From: Chloroflexota bacterium
GTDB taxonomy: Bacteria; Chloroflexota; UBA11872; VXOZ01
Assembly (NCBI GenBank): GCA_965221905.1
Contig: OZ244922.1
Coordinates: forward strand, 1,024,001-1,088,000
Direction: 5' to 3'
Length of the DNA stretch: 64,000 nucleotides
Shown here: positions 19,108 through 29,454 of the stretch, piece after piece
Numbering within the stretch: the first letter of the stretch is position 1
Layout of the letters: every line of letters begins with the position of its first letter
The notes under the pieces: model-generated
Databases searched by the model: none
What the model was told of the DNA's origin: nothing
Seen by the model: the letters and a program-made list of their open reading frames with translations, nothing else
Made by a program: the position numbers and the translations under genes

Positions 19108-20543
19108 TTGGCAACCCTAACAGGGACGATACACGACGCGACTACGGGCAACTCGCTGGCGGCGAAGGTCTCGGTGCAAAGCAGTCATGGCAGGTTCCTC
19201 GCGCCTGACAATAGCTTGGAGACCGTCGGCACGACGAATCCGTTCTTCTATTGCGACGGCACGTTCACACTGGAATGTCCGCGGGGACAGGTGGATGTGC
19301 ACGTGGAACGCGGCACGGAATATGCGCCGCTCCACATGACCGTTGATCTCCCGCTGCAAGGCTCCGTTAACTTAGAATTGCCTCTCCAGCGCTGGATTAG
19401 CCTGCCCTCTCAGGGTCTCTATCCCGGGAATACGCACATTCACTACCGCGAATTCGAGGCCCAACCGGAGGAGCGCCTGCGCTTCGATTCCACGGTAGAA
19501 GACCTCACCGTAACTATCGTCAGTGTGTTGCAGCGCCAAGAACTGGATTATGCGACCAATCGATTCCCCGTGGGCCGCATGGAGCATCCCACCGTGCCGG
19601 ACCATGTGCTGGACGTCGGTGAAGAGTCTCGCCACAATGCAACCCCGTGGGATATCGGCTACGGCCACGTGATGCTGGTGCGATTGCAGGAACAGGTCGA
19701 GCCGCTCAGTCGCGGCGTGCTAGTGGACGAATCGGCGCCGGACTATCCGCCGCTGATCGATGCGTGCGCTACGGCGCAGGAGCAGGGCGGCGTGACGATT
19801 TGGTGCCACAACGGCCAGGGAATGGAGGCGCCCATTGCCGCCGGACTGGGGCGTCTGGACGCTCTAAACCTCTTCGATCCCTATTGGTCGGACCCGGAGT
19901 ACGACCTTTGGTACCACTTGTTGAATTGTGGATTTCGCCTGCCGGTGAGTACCGGTTCGGATTGGTTCGTGTGCTCGGCGAACCGGGTGTACGTCCAGCT
20001 TGAAGACTCTTTCTCGTATGACACGTGGCTTAGCGGCCTCAAGAGCGGCGCCACGTTCATTACCAACGGCCCTGCGCTCACCCTGCGCGTTGCCGGCCAA
20101 CCGCCGGGACAGGTAGTGGATCTGAGCGCAAGCAGGTGAATACCTTTGTGCGGTGGCAGGCCCTCCGCCCGGTGCAGCGCATCGAGCTGGTCTGCAACGG
20201 AGAGGTGGTGGCGCGAGAGGAATGTGGCGAGGGCCTGCGGGAGGGTGTCTTACGCGCAAGACTGACAGTGCCCAACGATAGTTGGATCGCCGCCCGCTGC
20301 TGGGGACGGCAGCGCGATAGCTACGGCCACGCCCAATGGGCGCACACCAGTCCGGTCTACGTACAAGCGGGGGGACCGAATCCGGCGACCAGAGCCTCGG
20401 CCGAGTTTTTTGTGGAGAAAATCGAGAGCGCGATTACGTGGGTTTCCACGCAGGGCCGCTTCGACCACGACGACCAACGGCAACGTATGCTGGAAATTTT
20501 CAGCACGGGCCGCGAGCAGTACGCGCGCCTGGCACGCGGCTAG
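19108..20543 (+). CDS. CehA/McbA-like PHP-fold metallohydrolase, split into two ORFs (19108..20139 and 20136..20543)
   Basis: ERGTEY, GNTHIH, GEESRH, WCH, STGSD and TFITNGP in the first ORF; WIAAR and AHTSPVYV in the second. These motifs normally occur in one polypeptide, and a 1-nt insertion near 20131 restores it. Confidence 0.75.
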
Positions 20544-20816
20544 ATTACGCACACAATACCTCGGCGTCCTCCGGCCGGAGTGCTGTAAACTGTCTCACTG
20601 CGGGCCGCCTGTCGCATCGTTCGCACTGCTATGTTCAGACTTCTGTTGAATGTTGTCGCATCCGCTGCTGGCGAACAACAAAAGGCAGGATGTGCGCCAT
20701 CATTTCCGGTAGCGCAGGTTTGCAACCTGCGGCCGCCCGGTGGCGAAGGAAGTGCAGCGGCGGAGTATGGATGTAGCGTGCCCTCTCTCTTGCGACTGCG
20801 TTGGGCTTGAGAGCGG

Positions 20817-21995
20817 CTACACGTCCTTGCGCCGGTCTTCCCAGGCGTTCCAGTAGAGTTCCTCAACTTCCTCCAGCGTTGGTTGGCGGGGATTGCTGGC
20901 GACGTTGGGGTCCTGGGAGCCGTTAGCGACGAGCTGTGGGAGCACTTGGGACAATTGCTCCTTGGTCACGCCCGCGTCTCGCAGAGAAGCGGGCAAGCCG
21001 ACTTGGGAACGCAGCGCGGCGAGAGCGTCGATGAGAGAGGCGATGGGCCTGTTGGAACTGTCGAGGCCAAGGCGTGCCGCTAGATCGGTGTACTGCTCCC
21101 AGGCCGCGCGCGCATTGTAGGCGACTATGTGGGGCAGCAGGATCGCATTGGCGCGGCCGTGGGGAATGCCGAAGGCCGGCGTGATCTGGTGCGATAGGGC
21201 GTGGCAGAGTCCCAAACCGGCCCGCATCGTAGCGCCGGCCATGGTTGCCGCCACGTGCATCTCAGCACGCGCTGGCGTATTTCCCGACTCCTGAACGGAC
21301 GCGGGCAAGTGCGCCATGACTGCGGCAATCGCCGCGCTCGCCAACGCTTGCGTCAGCCGGTGGGATTCCCGACAGGCGAAAGATTCGACCGCGTGCGCCA
21401 GCGCGTCGTAGCCGCTGTCCGCCGCCACGTGGGGCGGCATGGTGGCCGGCACGGCCGGGTCGAGAATAGCGGCTTCGGGCGGGCCGGTAAAGAGGATGCA
21501 CTTCACAGGGGGTTGTGCGCTATTGTCCGTAATCACTGCACCCCGCCCGATCTCCGAGCCGGTGCCGCTGGTGGAAGGAATGGCGATACAGGTCATTTGC
21601 CCGGCCTGTCGCGGCGGTGGATTGAAGCCCGCGGCAACCAGCTCCGGCACCGTAACATCGGGCGTCTCGCACGCGGCCCGGATAGTCTTGGTGACGTCTA
21701 GGGTAGAGCCCCCGCCCAGTCCGACGATCGTATCCGGCGCAAATTCCTCGGCGAGTTCCACGCCCGCGGCGCAGGTCTCCTGCGATGGGTCGGGCTCGAC
21801 GGCGTCGAAGACAGTCGTCGCTGCGCCCGCCTGGCGCGCCAGGCCGCACACCCGCTCGGTGAACCCCAATTCCGTCATCACCGGGTCCGCCACCACCATC
21901 ACCCGCTTGCCGCACAGCGTCGGCAGCACGTCTAACGCGCCATCCCCCAGGTGTATTTCGGTGGCAATCGAAAACGACTGGATCTCCACGAGCAC
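20817..21995 (-). CDS. iron-containing alcohol dehydrogenase
   Basis: GLGGGSTLD, PSTSGTGSE, DALAHAVE, HALSH and HGRANA motifs. Confidence 0.93.
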   Translation of the reverse strand: MLVEIQSFSIATEIHLGDGALDVLPTLCGKRVMVVADPVMTELGFTERVCGLARQAGAATTVFDAVEPDPSQETCAAGVELAEEFAPDTIVGLGGGSTLDVTKTIRAACETPDVTVPELVAAGFNPPPRQAGQMTCIAIPSTSGTGSEIGRGAVITDNSAQPPVKCILFTGPPEAAILDPAVPATMPPHVAADSGYDALAHAVESFACRESHRLTQALASAAIAAVMAHLPASVQESGNTPARAEMHVAATMAGATMRAGLGLCHALSHQITPAFGIPHGRANAILLPHIVAYNARAAWEQYTDLAARLGLDSSNRPIASLIDALAALRSQVGLPASLRDAGVTKEQLSQVLPQLVANGSQDPNVASNPRQPTLEEVEELYWNAWEDRRKDV

Positions 21996-22413
21996 TGCTC
22001 CTTATGTTAGGAAGTGATAGCAAATTGCAAGCTGACAAGAGATTGGCAATTGCAGGAGGTTCCTTCTTCCAAGCTCAAAGTACCACCGCTGGTAGAATGT
22101 CCCACCTACGCCGTAGTATAAGGCAATCCTAATCTAGAGAATGAACTCATCAATTCGTGGGAATTCTGGCGATAGCGTGATATGTCTTTCGTGAATGGCC
22201 CACCAGTCCTTGGTCATCCACTGCTCAGCGAGTTCCCGCAGGCCGCGCCTGCTCTGGTACCATTGGATTAGTAAGAGTGTTGGGGAATGGTGTAGCTCTA
22301 GCCCGCCAAACTGCACGAACTAAAGACAGCGATCACCCAAACTACAAGCCACTGAATACTAGATTGCTTTCCCGCGCAAGCGGGAAGCCATCCCTTCACA
22401 ATAATGAATAGTC

Positions 22414-23775
22414 ATGATTACCTCGCTCCGCCTCGTTAACTTCAAGAACTTCGCCGATGAGACGCTTCACCTCGGCCCTTTTACCCTCATCGTGGGTGCC
22501 AACGCCAGTGGCAAGAGCAATATCCGCGATGCTTTTCGATTCTTGAACGGCGTCGGTCGTGGGTACGCCTTGGCGGAAACAATGGGTGGAAAGTATGGTG
22601 AAGGCGGCTATTGGGAATGGGCCGGTATTCGGGGCGCTCCAAATGAGATTATTCGCTTTGGCGGGGATGAGTTTTCTCTTGAGGTTGAACTGAATCCGAT
22701 GGTCTTGCACTTTGCTGATGTAACAGACATTCGGTATTGCATCCGATTACAATGTGACGACAAGCATGGTGGTCGGTTTCTAGTCGAATCTGAGTCTCTA
22801 ATCGCCTATGCTAGTACGCCCGATTCGCCATTTTCGGGAGTGCTGTATACAACCGATCCGCCCCTTGATAGCAACATGAGTGCGCAGCTTAGCGATTCCA
22901 AGCTGACTCTCCACTTGCCTGGGGCAAGCGAATCTATAGAAGCGGTTCCGGATCAACCTGGATTGAGCCAACTGCCGAAATCATTCTATGAGTATCTCAG
23001 GGCAAAAAATGCAGGAATCGAAATGGCCGAGTGGACTTATGACGATCCTGCCTGGTCTAAGGCCAGTTCGGGATGGCTAGAGGCCCAGCTTAAGCTCTCA
23101 AGGATGCGTTTCCTGGAGCTATCGCCGGATAGATTGCGACAACCAGCTCAGCCGGGCGCTACCAGATTGGGCGATTTAGGCGACAATCTACCCACAGTGC
23201 TCGAGGCCATTTGCGCTGATCCCCAGCGCAAGGGCGTTCTTCTTTCGTGGTTACATGAACTTACACCAATGGACGTAAGTGACCTGGAGTTTCCTGTAGA
23301 CCTCAATGGTAGGGTGAACCTCCGAATCCGGGAGGCGAATGGGCGAGCAGTATCTGCCTATAGTGCGTCCGATGGTACTCTCCGCTTTCTTGGCATGCTA
23401 GCTGTGCTGCTTAACGAAGACAATGATGGGCTATACTTTCTTGAAGAGATTGACAATGGCATTCATCCGGCGCGGCTGCACCTCTTGCTCGACCTCATTG
23501 AACGGCAGACCGCGAAGGGGAAGATTCAGGTTATTGCCACTACCCATTCGCCTGACGTTCTGAATCTTATCAACGACACGACCTTCGAGAATACCGTTGT
23601 GGTGTACCGCGACGAGCACGCGGCAGACGCCGTCATCCGGCGGGTGGCGGAGCTACCCAACGCCAGAAAACTACGGAAGTCCCAGGGCTTGGGACGCCTC
23701 CACAGCGGCGGTTGGATGGAGAACATACTTTCATTCACGAAGACGGATAGAGAAGATCAGAAGGGTGAAGAATGA
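22414..23775 (+). CDS. ABC-type ATPase (AAA_21/AAA_15-like) without membrane domain
   Basis: NFKNF, Walker A GANASGKSN, signature ASDGTLR, Walker B FLEEIDNGIHP, H-loop TTHSP. Confidence 0.9.
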   Translation: MITSLRLVNFKNFADETLHLGPFTLIVGANASGKSNIRDAFRFLNGVGRGYALAETMGGKYGEGGYWEWAGIRGAPNEIIRFGGDEFSLEVELNPMVLHFADVTDIRYCIRLQCDDKHGGRFLVESESLIAYASTPDSPFSGVLYTTDPPLDSNMSAQLSDSKLTLHLPGASESIEAVPDQPGLSQLPKSFYEYLRAKNAGIEMAEWTYDDPAWSKASSGWLEAQLKLSRMRFLELSPDRLRQPAQPGATRLGDLGDNLPTVLEAICADPQRKGVLLSWLHELTPMDVSDLEFPVDLNGRVNLRIREANGRAVSAYSASDGTLRFLGMLAVLLNEDNDGLYFLEEIDNGIHPARLHLLLDLIERQTAKGKIQVIATTHSPDVLNLINDTTFENTVVVYRDEHAADAVIRRVAELPNARKLRKSQGLGRLHSGGWMENILSFTKTDREDQKGEE

Positions 23776-24326
23776 AAGCCCTCCTGATCCCGGAAGACTT
23801 CCGCAACGACCAGTATATTCTGAAGCCCATCTTCGAAGGGCTATTCAGAGATCTTGGGAGACCCTTCCTGCCCGTTGAGATGTGCCTTGAACCTTTGCTT
23901 GGCGGCGTTGGAGAGGCATTGAAATCGGAACGACTGAAGGAAATCGTTGAACAATACCCGACGGTTGACATCTTCATTCTGTGCGTTGATCGCGACGGCA
24001 AGAAAGGGAGGCGTCAAAGGCTCGACCAGATCGAAAGGGAGTTCGAAACCCCCTTCTTTGCGGAGAATGCTTGGGAAGAGATTGAAACCTGGCTCCTGGC
24101 GGGAGTGGAACTGCCTGCTGATTGGAATTGGAAGGAAGTCCGCGCGGAAGTCCACGTCAAGGAAACGTACTTTGACCCGTATGCTGCCGAGCGCGACTTA
24201 TCCGATGCGCCGGGCGGCGGACGAAAGAAATTAGGTCAAGAGGCTGCGCGCCGGATTGGCGCGATTCGGCAGAAGTGTCCCGAGGACTTCGACTGCCTTG
24301 CCCAGCGTCTTGAGGCTAAAGTCTAA
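23772..24326 (+). CDS. hypothetical protein, TOPRIM-like (DUF4276/RloB-like) ATPase partner
   Basis: ATGA overlap with the ATPase stop; LLIPED (Glu after first strand), LCVDRD (DxD) and EEIETWLLAG. Confidence 0.75.
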   Translation: MKALLIPEDFRNDQYILKPIFEGLFRDLGRPFLPVEMCLEPLLGGVGEALKSERLKEIVEQYPTVDIFILCVDRDGKKGRRQRLDQIEREFETPFFAENAWEEIETWLLAGVELPADWNWKEVRAEVHVKETYFDPYAAERDLSDAPGGGRKKLGQEAARRIGAIRQKCPEDFDCLAQRLEAKV

Positions 24327-24327
24327 A

Positions 24328-24446
24328 GGGGTGTTTGCAAAGAGGCGTAGGGCATCGTCGTCCGTTCGCCCTGAGCTTGTCGAAGGGTCGTTCATGCTTC
24401 GACAGGCTCAGCACGAACGGTTTTCATGGGCTTTGCAAACATCCTC
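24328..24446. repeat. composite REP: two inverted CTTCGACA(A/G)GCTCAG cores inside flanking inverted repeats
   Basis: GGTGTTTGCAAAG...CTTTGCAAACATCC arms enclose CCGTTCGCCCTGAGCTTGTCGAAGGG and CTTCGACAGGCTCAGCACGAACGG. Confidence 0.8.
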
Positions 24447-24521
24447 TAAGGTAAAGCGCAAACAGAAGATGACACGGAATATCCCCGTATACTGTTTACG
24501 GTTTCGCTGAAAGGAATACTG

Positions 24522-26366
24522 ATGGCTACAACTACGCCACGCAGTGCTGCTTCTGAGCAAGTTATAACTGGAGAAAACGGCTTGCTGCGTGCGTCTACCC
24601 TTGCGGAATTGCAGGAGCAAGGGGTTGTGACGGCGACCGGGCAGGGGCATACCATTGCCGTGTTTTGGCATAACGAGCGCGCGTACGCCGTGGACAACCG
24701 CTGCCCGCACATGGGTTTTCCGCTGGCGCGCGGCATCTGCGAGGACGGCGTTCTGACCTGCTACTGGCACTATGCGCGTTTCGACCTCGATTCCGGTGGC
24801 GCGTTCGACATCTGGGCCGGGGACGTGCGCACCTATCCGGTAACCGTGCGTGAAAATGCCGTATATGTGGACCTGCGCGAGACGCAGAGCGCCGACGAAC
24901 GGTACGAACAGGAATTGCCGCGCCTGGAGAAGGCCCTGGAGCAGGGCATTGCGCTCAATCAAGCCAAGGCCGTGCTGGCCTTGGGCGACCTGAAGCCCGC
25001 GGACGCGACGAAGCAGATTGTCACTACCACTGCCGATTTCGGCCTGCGGCGGGGTTCCAGCCGCAATCCGGGCGGTTGGGGTGACGGTCTTACCATTCTC
25101 ACGGCCATGGCGAACCTGCAGCCGCTCTTCTTTGCGGAAGATCGGCCGCTTTCCCTTTACCACGGCACGCGCCGCGTGAGTACCGACGCCATGAGCCGAC
25201 AGGAGCGGATCATACTGGATCCGCTGCCAACGGCGGCGATTCCTGATGATAGATTGAAGCGTTGGTTCCGGGAGTACGTCGAAGTGCGCGACGCCGATGC
25301 GGCTGAGCGCACGCTGCGCACGGCGATTGCGGCGGGCTGGTCGCCGGAGCAGTTGCTCGACATGCTGGCCGCCGCTGGTACCGATCACTACTACCGTGAC
25401 TTCTCACACGTCATGGATACGCTGGCAAAGGCGGCAGAACTCTTGGACATCATCGGCTGGGAAAACGCCGCAGAGGTGCTCCCGGCGCTGACCAGCCAGT
25501 GGGCGCAGGCCACGCGTGAAGAGGAACGGAATGCCTGGCTTCGTCCCGAGAATCTCGTGGCGCTTGTGGAGGCGGCAGAGACCGAGCTTGATGACGCCGT
25601 TGATCTCACGGCGCAGCCCACAGGCGGCTGGAATGAGCGCCTTGTGGAGGCGCTGCTCGGCGACGATCCGCAGCACAGTATCGAGTCGCTGCTGACGGCG
25701 TTTCGTGCGGGTCTGGCCTTGGCTGACGGAGCGCAGGCGCTGGCGTATGCCGCGGCGTTGCGTCTTACGCGCTTTACCATCAGTAATGAGTTTGGAGATT
25801 GGGATACGGCGCTCCACCACTTTACCTACTGCGCTTCCCTTGTCCAGGTGGCCAAACGCGCACCGTCTATCGAGCTGGCGCGCGGCGTGCTCCACGGCGC
25901 GATGGTGGTGTATCAAGCGCGCTTCCTCAATATGCCTGCCGCGCGCCTGCCAGGTGCACGTGCGCTGGCGAAACTGCCTACGCACCCCACCGCTTTGCAG
26001 GAGCAACTCCTGGAATTCTGCGAGCGGCAAGGCGGCGTAGATGAGGCTGGCGCGATTACGTATCGGTATCTGACGCTCGGCCATGATCCGGCGGCGTTGG
26101 TCGCCACCCTCGGTCACGCCGTGCTCTGCGAAGACCCCGGCTTTCACGACTTTCAGATGCTGGAAGAAGGGGTGCGTCTGGCACAAGACTTGGCTGAGGC
26201 CGGCCATACCGAAGCCTCTTACCAGACGCTGGTCGCAATCGCCCGCTGGCAGGCGGCCCACGCCCCCACGCGCCGCGCCACCACGCAAACCTATACCATC
26301 GCGCGGCGCCTTCACCGAGGAGAAGCTGTGTACGCCGATTCCGCCGATGATGAGGGTGGGAATTGA
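24522..26366 (+). CDS. Rieske [2Fe-2S] domain protein with long helical C-terminal region
   Basis: CPHMGFPL...CYWHYARF Rieske ligands; AAGGA RBS. Confidence 0.88.
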   Translation: MATTTPRSAASEQVITGENGLLRASTLAELQEQGVVTATGQGHTIAVFWHNERAYAVDNRCPHMGFPLARGICEDGVLTCYWHYARFDLDSGGAFDIWAGDVRTYPVTVRENAVYVDLRETQSADERYEQELPRLEKALEQGIALNQAKAVLALGDLKPADATKQIVTTTADFGLRRGSSRNPGGWGDGLTILTAMANLQPLFFAEDRPLSLYHGTRRVSTDAMSRQERIILDPLPTAAIPDDRLKRWFREYVEVRDADAAERTLRTAIAAGWSPEQLLDMLAAAGTDHYYRDFSHVMDTLAKAAELLDIIGWENAAEVLPALTSQWAQATREEERNAWLRPENLVALVEAAETELDDAVDLTAQPTGGWNERLVEALLGDDPQHSIESLLTAFRAGLALADGAQALAYAAALRLTRFTISNEFGDWDTALHHFTYCASLVQVAKRAPSIELARGVLHGAMVVYQARFLNMPAARLPGARALAKLPTHPTALQEQLLEFCERQGGVDEAGAITYRYLTLGHDPAALVATLGHAVLCEDPGFHDFQMLEEGVRLAQDLAEAGHTEASYQTLVAIARWQAAHAPTRRATTQTYTIARRLHRGEAVYADSADDEGGN

Positions 26367-26456
26367 GATTAGGGACTTGGCTTTAGAGGTTGTACGGCTC
26401 ATCGCATGCTTGGCTGCGGAACCTAGCGCGTGAGCCGCATTGCTCTCGACTTAGGA

Positions 26457-26640
26457 GAAGAGGGCAGTCACAAGGACTGCGCCTACGGGGAAGAGAAGAG
26501 GGCAGCCACGAGGACTGCCCCTACAGCGGAAAGAGGAGGGCAACCACGAGGACTGCCCTGCGGCGGGAAGAAGAGGGCAATCACAAGGATTGCCCCTACG
26601 GGGAATAGAGGAGGGCAGTGACGAGGAATGTCCTTACAGC
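26457..26640. repeat. array of five REP-like hairpins with about 38-bp period
   Basis: AGGGCAxxCACxAGGAyTGCCCCTAC cores start at 26461, 26499, 26537, 26574 and 26612, separated by purine-rich linkers. Confidence 0.88.
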
Positions 26641-26894
26641 GATTTAGCGCAGGTTGCAAACCTGCGCTACCGGCTGCCTGGAATCTCTGCTTGCTCCACG
26701 TTTAGTATCCAAGCGCATGCCGCAAAGAGCGCTGGTAACCGTCTGCCTGCTAGCTTCAGTTCTCGTTCTCTATGAGTTGCATACGGTCTTTCGCTTCAAT
26801 AGTTAGTGGCAGGTACGTTAGAATAGATGGAAAGCGGGGCCGGATATGGGCTCGGCTCTGTGTACATTTGGTCGCTATAAAGTGAGAGACAGGT

Positions 26895-28322
26895 ATGGCT
26901 GGAAAGACGCTGTTTGAGAAGATTTGGGAGAGTCACCTGGTGCATGAGGAGCCGGGCGCGCCGGCGCTGCTCTACGTTGACTTGCACCTTGTGCATGAAG
27001 TTACGTCGGCGCAGGCATTCGAGGGGCTGCGGCTGAGCGGCCGAACCGTGCGACGGCCTGCCCTGACCGTAGCGACGGTAGACCACAACGTCCCTACGAC
27101 GAGTCGCACAGAGTCGATTGCCGACGACATTTCCCGCCGTCAAATCGAGACCATGGAGCAGAATGCGGCGGAATTCGACCTCACGTTCTATGGTTACCGC
27201 AACCCTAATCAAGGGATCGTGCACATCATTGGGCCGGAACTGGGTTATACGCAGCCCGGCAAGGTGATCGTCTGCGGCGATAGTCATACCTCTACCCACG
27301 GCGCGTTCGGGGCGTTTGCGCTCGGTATCGGCACCTCGGAGGTGGAGCACGTGCTCGCCACCCAGTGCCTGATACAGAAGAAACCCAAGACGATGGAAGT
27401 GCGGGTCGACGGCACGCTGCCCCAGGGCGTCACGGCCAAAGACGTAATTCTCGGTATCATCGGGCACATTGGGGTGGAAGGCGGCGTCGGCTATGTGATC
27501 GAATATACCGGTGAGGTTATTCGCTCGCTCTCCATGGAAGGCCGCATGACGGTCTGCAACATGTCAATCGAAGGCGGCGCGCGCGCCGGGATGATCTCGC
27601 CCGATGAGAAGACGTTTGAATACCTAAAGGGACGCAAGTATGCGCCGCAAGGAAGCGACTGGGAAGAGGCGCTCGCTCATTGGCAGACGCTGGCTACCGA
27701 TGCCGACGCTACCTACGATAGAGTCATAGAGATTGATGCCGCCACCCTCGTGCCCCACGTAACTTGGGGAACGAATCCCGGCCAGGTCGTTCCCATCACC
27801 GGCTCTGTGCCCAGTCCGGGAGAGATGGCGACACCGGAAGAGCAAGCCACTGCCGAGCGGGCGCTGACGTACATGGGATTGGAGCAGGGCACGCCCATCC
27901 AGGACATTCCTATTGACCGCGTCTTTCTGGGATCGTGCACAAATGCGCGGCTGGAAGACCTGCGAGCGGCGGCGGGCATTGTACGCGGCAAGCAGGTGCA
28001 TCCCAATGTGCGGGCGATGGTGGTGCCGGGCTCAACGATGCTGAAACAGAAAGCGGAATCAGAAGGACTTAACGAGGTCTTTCAGGCCGCGGGCTTCGAG
28101 TGGCGTGAGGCCGGTTGCTCTATGTGCTTGGGGATGAACCCGGATATTTTGGCACCCGGCGAGCGCTGCGCTTCCACCTCTAACCGCAACTTCGAGGGCC
28201 GCCAGGGCAAGGGCGGACGCACCCATCTCGTCAGTCCGCAGATGGCTGCCGCCGCCGCGATCGCAGGCCGTTTCGTGGACGTGCGCGAGTGGAAAGAAAA
28301 CGTGACGCGAGCATCTGAGTGA
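26895..28322 (+). CDS. leuC: 3-isopropylmalate dehydratase large subunit
   Basis: [29 protein letters not shown] and [10 protein letters not shown] motifs. Confidence 0.98.
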   Translation: MAGKTLFEKIWESHLVHEEPGAPALLYVDLHLVHEVTSAQAFEGLRLSGRTVRRPALTVATVDHNVPTTSRTESIADDISRRQIETMEQNAAEFDLTFYGYRNPNQGIVHIIGPELGYTQPGKVIVCGDSHTSTHGAFGAFALGIGTSEVEHVLATQCLIQKKPKTMEVRVDGTLPQGVTAKDVILGIIGHIGVEGGVGYVIEYTGEVIRSLSMEGRMTVCNMSIEGGARAGMISPDEKTFEYLKGRKYAPQGSDWEEALAHWQTLATDADATYDRVIEIDAATLVPHVTWGTNPGQVVPITGSVPSPGEMATPEEQATAERALTYMGLEQGTPIQDIPIDRVFLGSCTNARLEDLRAAAGIVRGKQVHPNVRAMVVPGSTMLKQKAESEGLNEVFQAAGFEWREAGCSMCLGMNPDILAPGERCASTSNRNFEGRQGKGGRTHLVSPQMAAAAAIAGRFVDVREWKENVTRASE

Positions 28323-28415
28323 AGTGCGCAGACCGAATCCGTAAACCATTAACGTGTAGGATGCGGGGCTGATATTAGCGCCCCTGCGAACTGTGACAAG
28401 ACTAAGGAAACAGGG

Positions 28416-29024
28416 ATGGAACCATTTGTAAAACATCTAGGCAAAGTAGCCGCGCTGGATCGAGCGAACGTCGATACGGACCAGGTCATTCCGAAGCAGT
28501 TCCTCAAGCGGATCGAACGCACGGGCTACGGGCCGTTTGCGTTCTTCGACTGGCGGTACTTCGAGGACGGCACTACCCCAAACCCGGAGTTCGAGCTTAA
28601 CGATGCGCGCTACACCGGCGCCACGATCCTTGTCACCGGCAGGAATTTCGGTTGCGGGTCATCGCGTGAGCACGCCGCTTGGGCGCTCAAAGAGTATGGA
28701 TTTCTGACGATCATTGCCCCCAGCTTTGCCGACATCTTTGCCAATAACGCCGTGGAGAATGGCATGCTTACGGTGGTCCTGCCGCCGGAAGACGTGGCTA
28801 CGCTCACGGAGCGCGCACAGAATATTGTCGACTACCGCATATCGGTGGACTTGGCAAATGCGACGGTCCAAGACGACCATGGTTTTGCGGCGTCGTTCTC
28901 GGTTGATGCTAACGTTCAACACCGGCTGCTCAACGGCCTGGACGCGGTAGGCCTGACCTTGCAGCAGGAAGGCGCCATTGCGGCTTTCGAAGGGCAACGC
29001 CCCGGCTGGCTGCGCGCGTCCTGA
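28416..29024 (+). CDS. leuD: 3-isopropylmalate dehydratase small subunit
   Basis: NVDTDQVIPKQFL, NFGCGSSREHA and SFADIF motifs. Confidence 0.98.
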   Translation: MEPFVKHLGKVAALDRANVDTDQVIPKQFLKRIERTGYGPFAFFDWRYFEDGTTPNPEFELNDARYTGATILVTGRNFGCGSSREHAAWALKEYGFLTIIAPSFADIFANNAVENGMLTVVLPPEDVATLTERAQNIVDYRISVDLANATVQDDHGFAASFSVDANVQHRLLNGLDAVGLTLQQEGAIAAFEGQRPGWLRAS

Positions 29025-29157
29025 GGGCGGATTTGAGCGTAATCTGCGGTGAGTGGCCCTCCCCTCCGGCTTCGCGTTTAGGTTATCGATTCTTGCCCGG
29101 AAGGAATTGCGAGTTGCTTTGCTTTCAACCGCATATCTTTAAGGCCGAGCGCACAAA

Positions 29158-29441
29158 CTAGATTCCTCGCTGCGCTCGGAGCAGGCGTTCTGCCGCACCG
29201 ACGACCTGGTAGAGGCACGACATGTCGTGCCCCTACGTGCCGCACAAGCCTTAGTCGGAATCCAGGACCCGAGATCTAAAACCTCGCTTCGCTTGGATTG
29301 ACTGCCTCTCGCGGCAAACAGAAGGCGGCCAAGCGTAGGGCGGGGGCTTGTCCCATGCTGATTAACGCGTATGCCGAACACTGATTCTTGTGCTCTCTTG
29401 CTGGCGGGGATCTAGATTCCTCGCTGTGCTCGGAATGACAG
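29158..29441. repeat. cluster of mixed REP-like elements between convergent genes
   Basis: AGATTCCTCGCTG(C/T)GCTCGGA near 29160 and 29414; GTAGAGGCACGACATGTCGTGCCCCTAC near 29209; GTAGGGCGGGGGCTTGTCCC near 29335. Confidence 0.7.
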
Positions 29442-29454
29442 TGTGGTGGCGGTA

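Noticed and set aside
22134-22316. 60-aa minus-strand ORF upstream of the ATPase as a third system component
   Set aside because: Short, no clear RBS, no recognisable motif; possibly a gene remnant.
24408-26402. Long minus-strand ORFs (326 and 332 aa)
   Set aside because: Antisense to the Rieske gene, with no motifs; expected in high-GC coding DNA.
26457-26640. CRISPR array
   Set aside because: Linkers are only about 12 nt and similar to each other; the units are degenerate REP hairpins.
26680-26894. Leu attenuator or T-box upstream of leuC
   Set aside because: No Leu-rich leader peptide or T-box sequence is evident.
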